Below are positions 62,016-64,000 of a stretch of 64,000 bases of DNA, piece after piece. Position numbers and translations under genes: made by a program. The DNA is from Catajapyx aquilonaris (lineage: Eukaryota): contig KZ538110.1 of assembly GCA_000934665.2 (NCBI GenBank), positions 1 to 64,000 on the forward strand, read 5' to 3'. The notes beneath the pieces are model-generated. The model made no database searches, had not been told where the DNA came from, and saw nothing but the letters and a program-made list of their open reading frames with translations. How positions within the stretch are numbered: position 1 is the stretch's first letter; each line of letters starts with the position of its first letter.

Positions 62016-64000
62016 ATAGTGTCTACATAGGGAGCAATGAAGAATTCCATGTGGAAAGCAGTATAAATTGACCTAACACATTGCCAATCCAAAAGCTCCC
62101 ATTTGCAAGTAACCTGCAGCAATTCTTGACAATTTTTCACAGACTTCGAACCATCTGAGTGATGGATTGCTTTTGGTGATAATTATATTGTTAGCTCTCA
62201 CGACATTGAGAAAGGTATGTCAAATTCAGTGCAGTAATTCCTTATGCATCCTGAGCATCGGAATGCCTCCCAAATATTTCGTGAGACTGGCCTGCCATTA
62301 CTGAAGAACATGGGCCAACATGTCGAATGCATGTCATTAATATTATTAATATGGTTCACTCTGATGTAAGGCACGCTCTACTTGTTCTAAGATGATTTAT
62401 GACTGTATAGATGTCAGTCTAAAGCCCTCCAACTCCTAAGCGACCTTCTTCAGTATAGGATGAATATAAACACTGGCTATTTGTTGAACCCTTCGACCCA
62501 ACTGCTGCTCAGCCATCTCAGGCTAATATAATTTACACGAATTCTTAGTCTGTTGGCATCGGACAGCGGAGGAAAGCACAGTATGCGAAAAGTCCGACCA
62601 TTCCCTGTCCAGTGCCTGTCTCATCTTCATAGCACGCCAACTCCCTACCATCCAATGCAATTTATTTATAATAATCTATTTATAATAAAAGATTTTTCTA
62701 CTAATCACGCTCCTTCATCTTCAAATAAATTGAAGGGGAATTATGATAGAGGCAAGGTGAACCTTTCTCTGAGATTGCCAGATCAAAGCAATAGTTGTGT
62801 ATTGGGTGTAGGGAGGAATGCAGGAGAAGCACTGTGACTTGGGCTTTGCAGAATACTAAGATCAGGGTCGCTATGGATCATACATCTCAGTGTGAACATA
62901 ACCAATGATTTTAAATGGGCAGAAGTGTGAAATTGAATAAGAAAAATCTAAAGTTACTCGAGCCCCTAACTATCACTAGTAAATAAAATTCGGGACTCTG
63001 TCAAAATCATAAATATTCTGACTGAGCATCACACAGCACATATGGAGCGCAATCTGAAAATGCACAAGGACCATGGCAAAAATGACATGCTAAAAGTATG
63101 CACTGTGTGCTAAACTTGAGGCTAAACATGTGCATGGCCAAAATCTGGCATATCTTGGAATGTTACTTGGAAGTGTTCAAGCCCCAACTTTTATGCATCT
63201 AACCACTTTGCCCTCCGAACCACCTGTAAATTGTCAGCATGGTGCTAAACATTTTCATCAGAATTTTATGGCAAGCAAGGAAGTTTAGCAGTCTTTACAT
63301 TCCACGGTTATTGCAATTTTGCATCAAATAACATATAGGAACTGAACAGGGGCTACCATAACAATGCTGGAAACACCACAGAGCATCCCTAGAACATTAC
63401 AATATCTTTCCAAGGCAAAATAATCATAAGGAAAAAAAGGGACAGGAGGTGTTAAGGGTTTAGATCAAATCAAAGGGGGCAGCATCTGAAAACGATCTGG
63501 AACCACTTCTATATTACACATGGAAATGGCCCCAAGCACCAGAGCTATCACTAAATTGCTCTTCCAGCAGTTCTACAAGCCAATGAAGCCACGCTAATCA
63601 GGATCAACACATCCTACATGTTTGCGAACGGTGTCAGTCAACATGTCCACATGTTGGAATGGCAATGTCCTGCTTGTAAAACACAAGATGCTTTCCAGTA
63701 ATGAGCTGAAAATGTGCATGGTGTATGTCACAATCCATCCATGTGTGACTTGCACATGTTGTGCTCATCAGTGTACTGTTTTGATCCCCATGCACTTGTC
63801 AATGTTAGGCAGTATTTAAAACAATTGGTAGTAGTTGAGATCTTAAAGTCACAAGTACTTACAACCCATAGGCACATTACTTTAATCTATGTATTTTGTT
63901 TTTTAAGTCAACATCTGGACAACTGGTTGAGGGAAGAAATGTAAGCCAGCATTAGGCTGTCTTGATTCATGCGTCAAAAGTGCTCAAAATTATCTACCAG

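Overview
Eukaryotic (arthropod-like) genomic DNA, rich in introns and transposons; the species cannot be determined from the window. I reconstructed four spliced genes by hand from GT-AG boundaries and reading-frame phase. (1) Metaxin-2, minus strand, 7 coding exons 16601->3541, 265 aa. (2) Lasp (LIM + 2 nebulin repeats + SH3), minus strand, 8 coding exons 48500->22241, 332 aa. (3) A secreted Folded gastrulation (Fog)-like protein, plus strand, join(52942..53034,54848..55981), 408 aa; its signal-peptide exon is missed by the ORF track. (4) A four-TM LAPTM/DUF4728-like membrane protein, plus strand, 5 coding exons 59072->62015, 213 aa. Introns and intergenic DNA hold many non-autonomous DNA transposons (piggyBac-, Tc1/mariner-, Harbinger-, hAT-, EnSpm-, P-, Ginger- and Helitron-like), at least four tRNA-derived SINE families and many fold-back palindromes. 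These include a four-level nested insertion and ultra-short (37-53 bp) hairpin insertions with perfect 8-bp target duplications. Most short ORFs in the supplied track are spurious. No CRISPR array or rRNA was seen. All family assignments come from motif recognition, not database searches.
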